64,000 nt of DNA from Geopsychrobacteraceae bacterium (GTDB lineage: Bacteria; Desulfobacterota; Desulfuromonadia; Desulfuromonadales; Geopsychrobacteraceae), in the NCBI GenBank assembly GCA_963676795.2, contig CAXXTB010000001.1, positions 960,001 to 1,024,000 of the forward strand, read 5' to 3'. Numbering within the stretch: position 1 is the first letter of the stretch; the number at the start of each line of letters is the position of its first letter. The position numbers and the translations under genes are program-made. Shown here in pieces: positions 63,530-64,000 of this stretch. The notes below the pieces were generated by a model. The model was not told where the DNA came from. It was given only the letters and a program-made list of their open reading frames with translations, and did not search any database.

Positions 63530-64000
63530 AGCTGTTCTTTTGGCGGAAGTCTGAACCGATAGAGCTCCGCTGGTCTGCTGATTCTGTTTTTGCTCCGTCC
63601 TCGATTGCATCATCGACAATGCCTCCAGATCTGTAGCTATTTGACATTGTTTTCATTGTTCTGCCCCCTGTTCGGCTTGCTGTGCCTGTTTGTGAATAGT
63701 CTAGGAAAATGTCGCTCCCAGTTAAAGTGCTTAGGCGTAAACGGTCGCTCCACAGGGATAAGCGGACGAATTAGGGCCCCGAACGGAAATGGTGGCCAAG
63801 GCTCTATTTTACTTTTTCTGGTTATCTGCTTGGCACCAGTATTCCCCTTTCCAGGGACGCATGAACCCATCCATGGGGCTTGACTGTCGCCATCCGGGCG
63901 CCAGACAGCCTTCCAAGGGGGATACCGAAGCCAGAACTGATCCAGCTGGAGCGAACTGGATAACCAGATTACTTTTTACTGACCGGCCGCACACGTGGCA

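Overview
Chromosomal window from a GC-rich bacterium; gene content and protein style suggest a Desulfuromonadales-like deltaproteobacterium (inference). 1-12 kb: housekeeping and signalling genes (3' part of polA, glgP, PAS-GGDEF, HDOD, YbjT-like SDR, DUF523/DUF1722, lipoprotein, PilZ). 12.1-20.2 kb: an ~8-kb integrative element in tRNA-Thr(CGT), bounded by a perfect 48-bp direct repeat. It encodes a tyrosine integrase, an AlpA/Xis-like protein, a lambda-O-like initiator with internal iterons and a DnaB helicase, but no capsid, terminase or conjugation genes, so it looks like a minimalist phage satellite. Its AT-rich cargo is an M.NgoMIV/NaeI-like C5 methyltransferase with a KpnI-like HNH nuclease, plus a coupled pair of a 2TM/coiled-coil/GAF-like protein and a Panacea (DUF4065) antitoxin, a candidate undescribed TA/anti-phage module. 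20.3-28.8 kb: perR-like/katG, a GGDEF-EAL protein and a LysR-MFS-PhlG-like hydrolase unit. 30-57.6 kb: a catabolic region of unknown substrate (divergent DRE-TIM enzyme, GlcG, MLE-subgroup enolase, divergent MmgE/PrpD, ALDH, porin, TTT transporter, 2-hydroxyacid dehydrogenase, two lactonase-type enzymes, peptide-type ABC transporter) whose four operons share one promoter/operator motif; acnB lies within it. 57.7-63.4 kb: a citrate lyase cluster (citC-D-[DUF296]-E-F-X-G). All family assignments come from motif recognition and recall, not from database searches.
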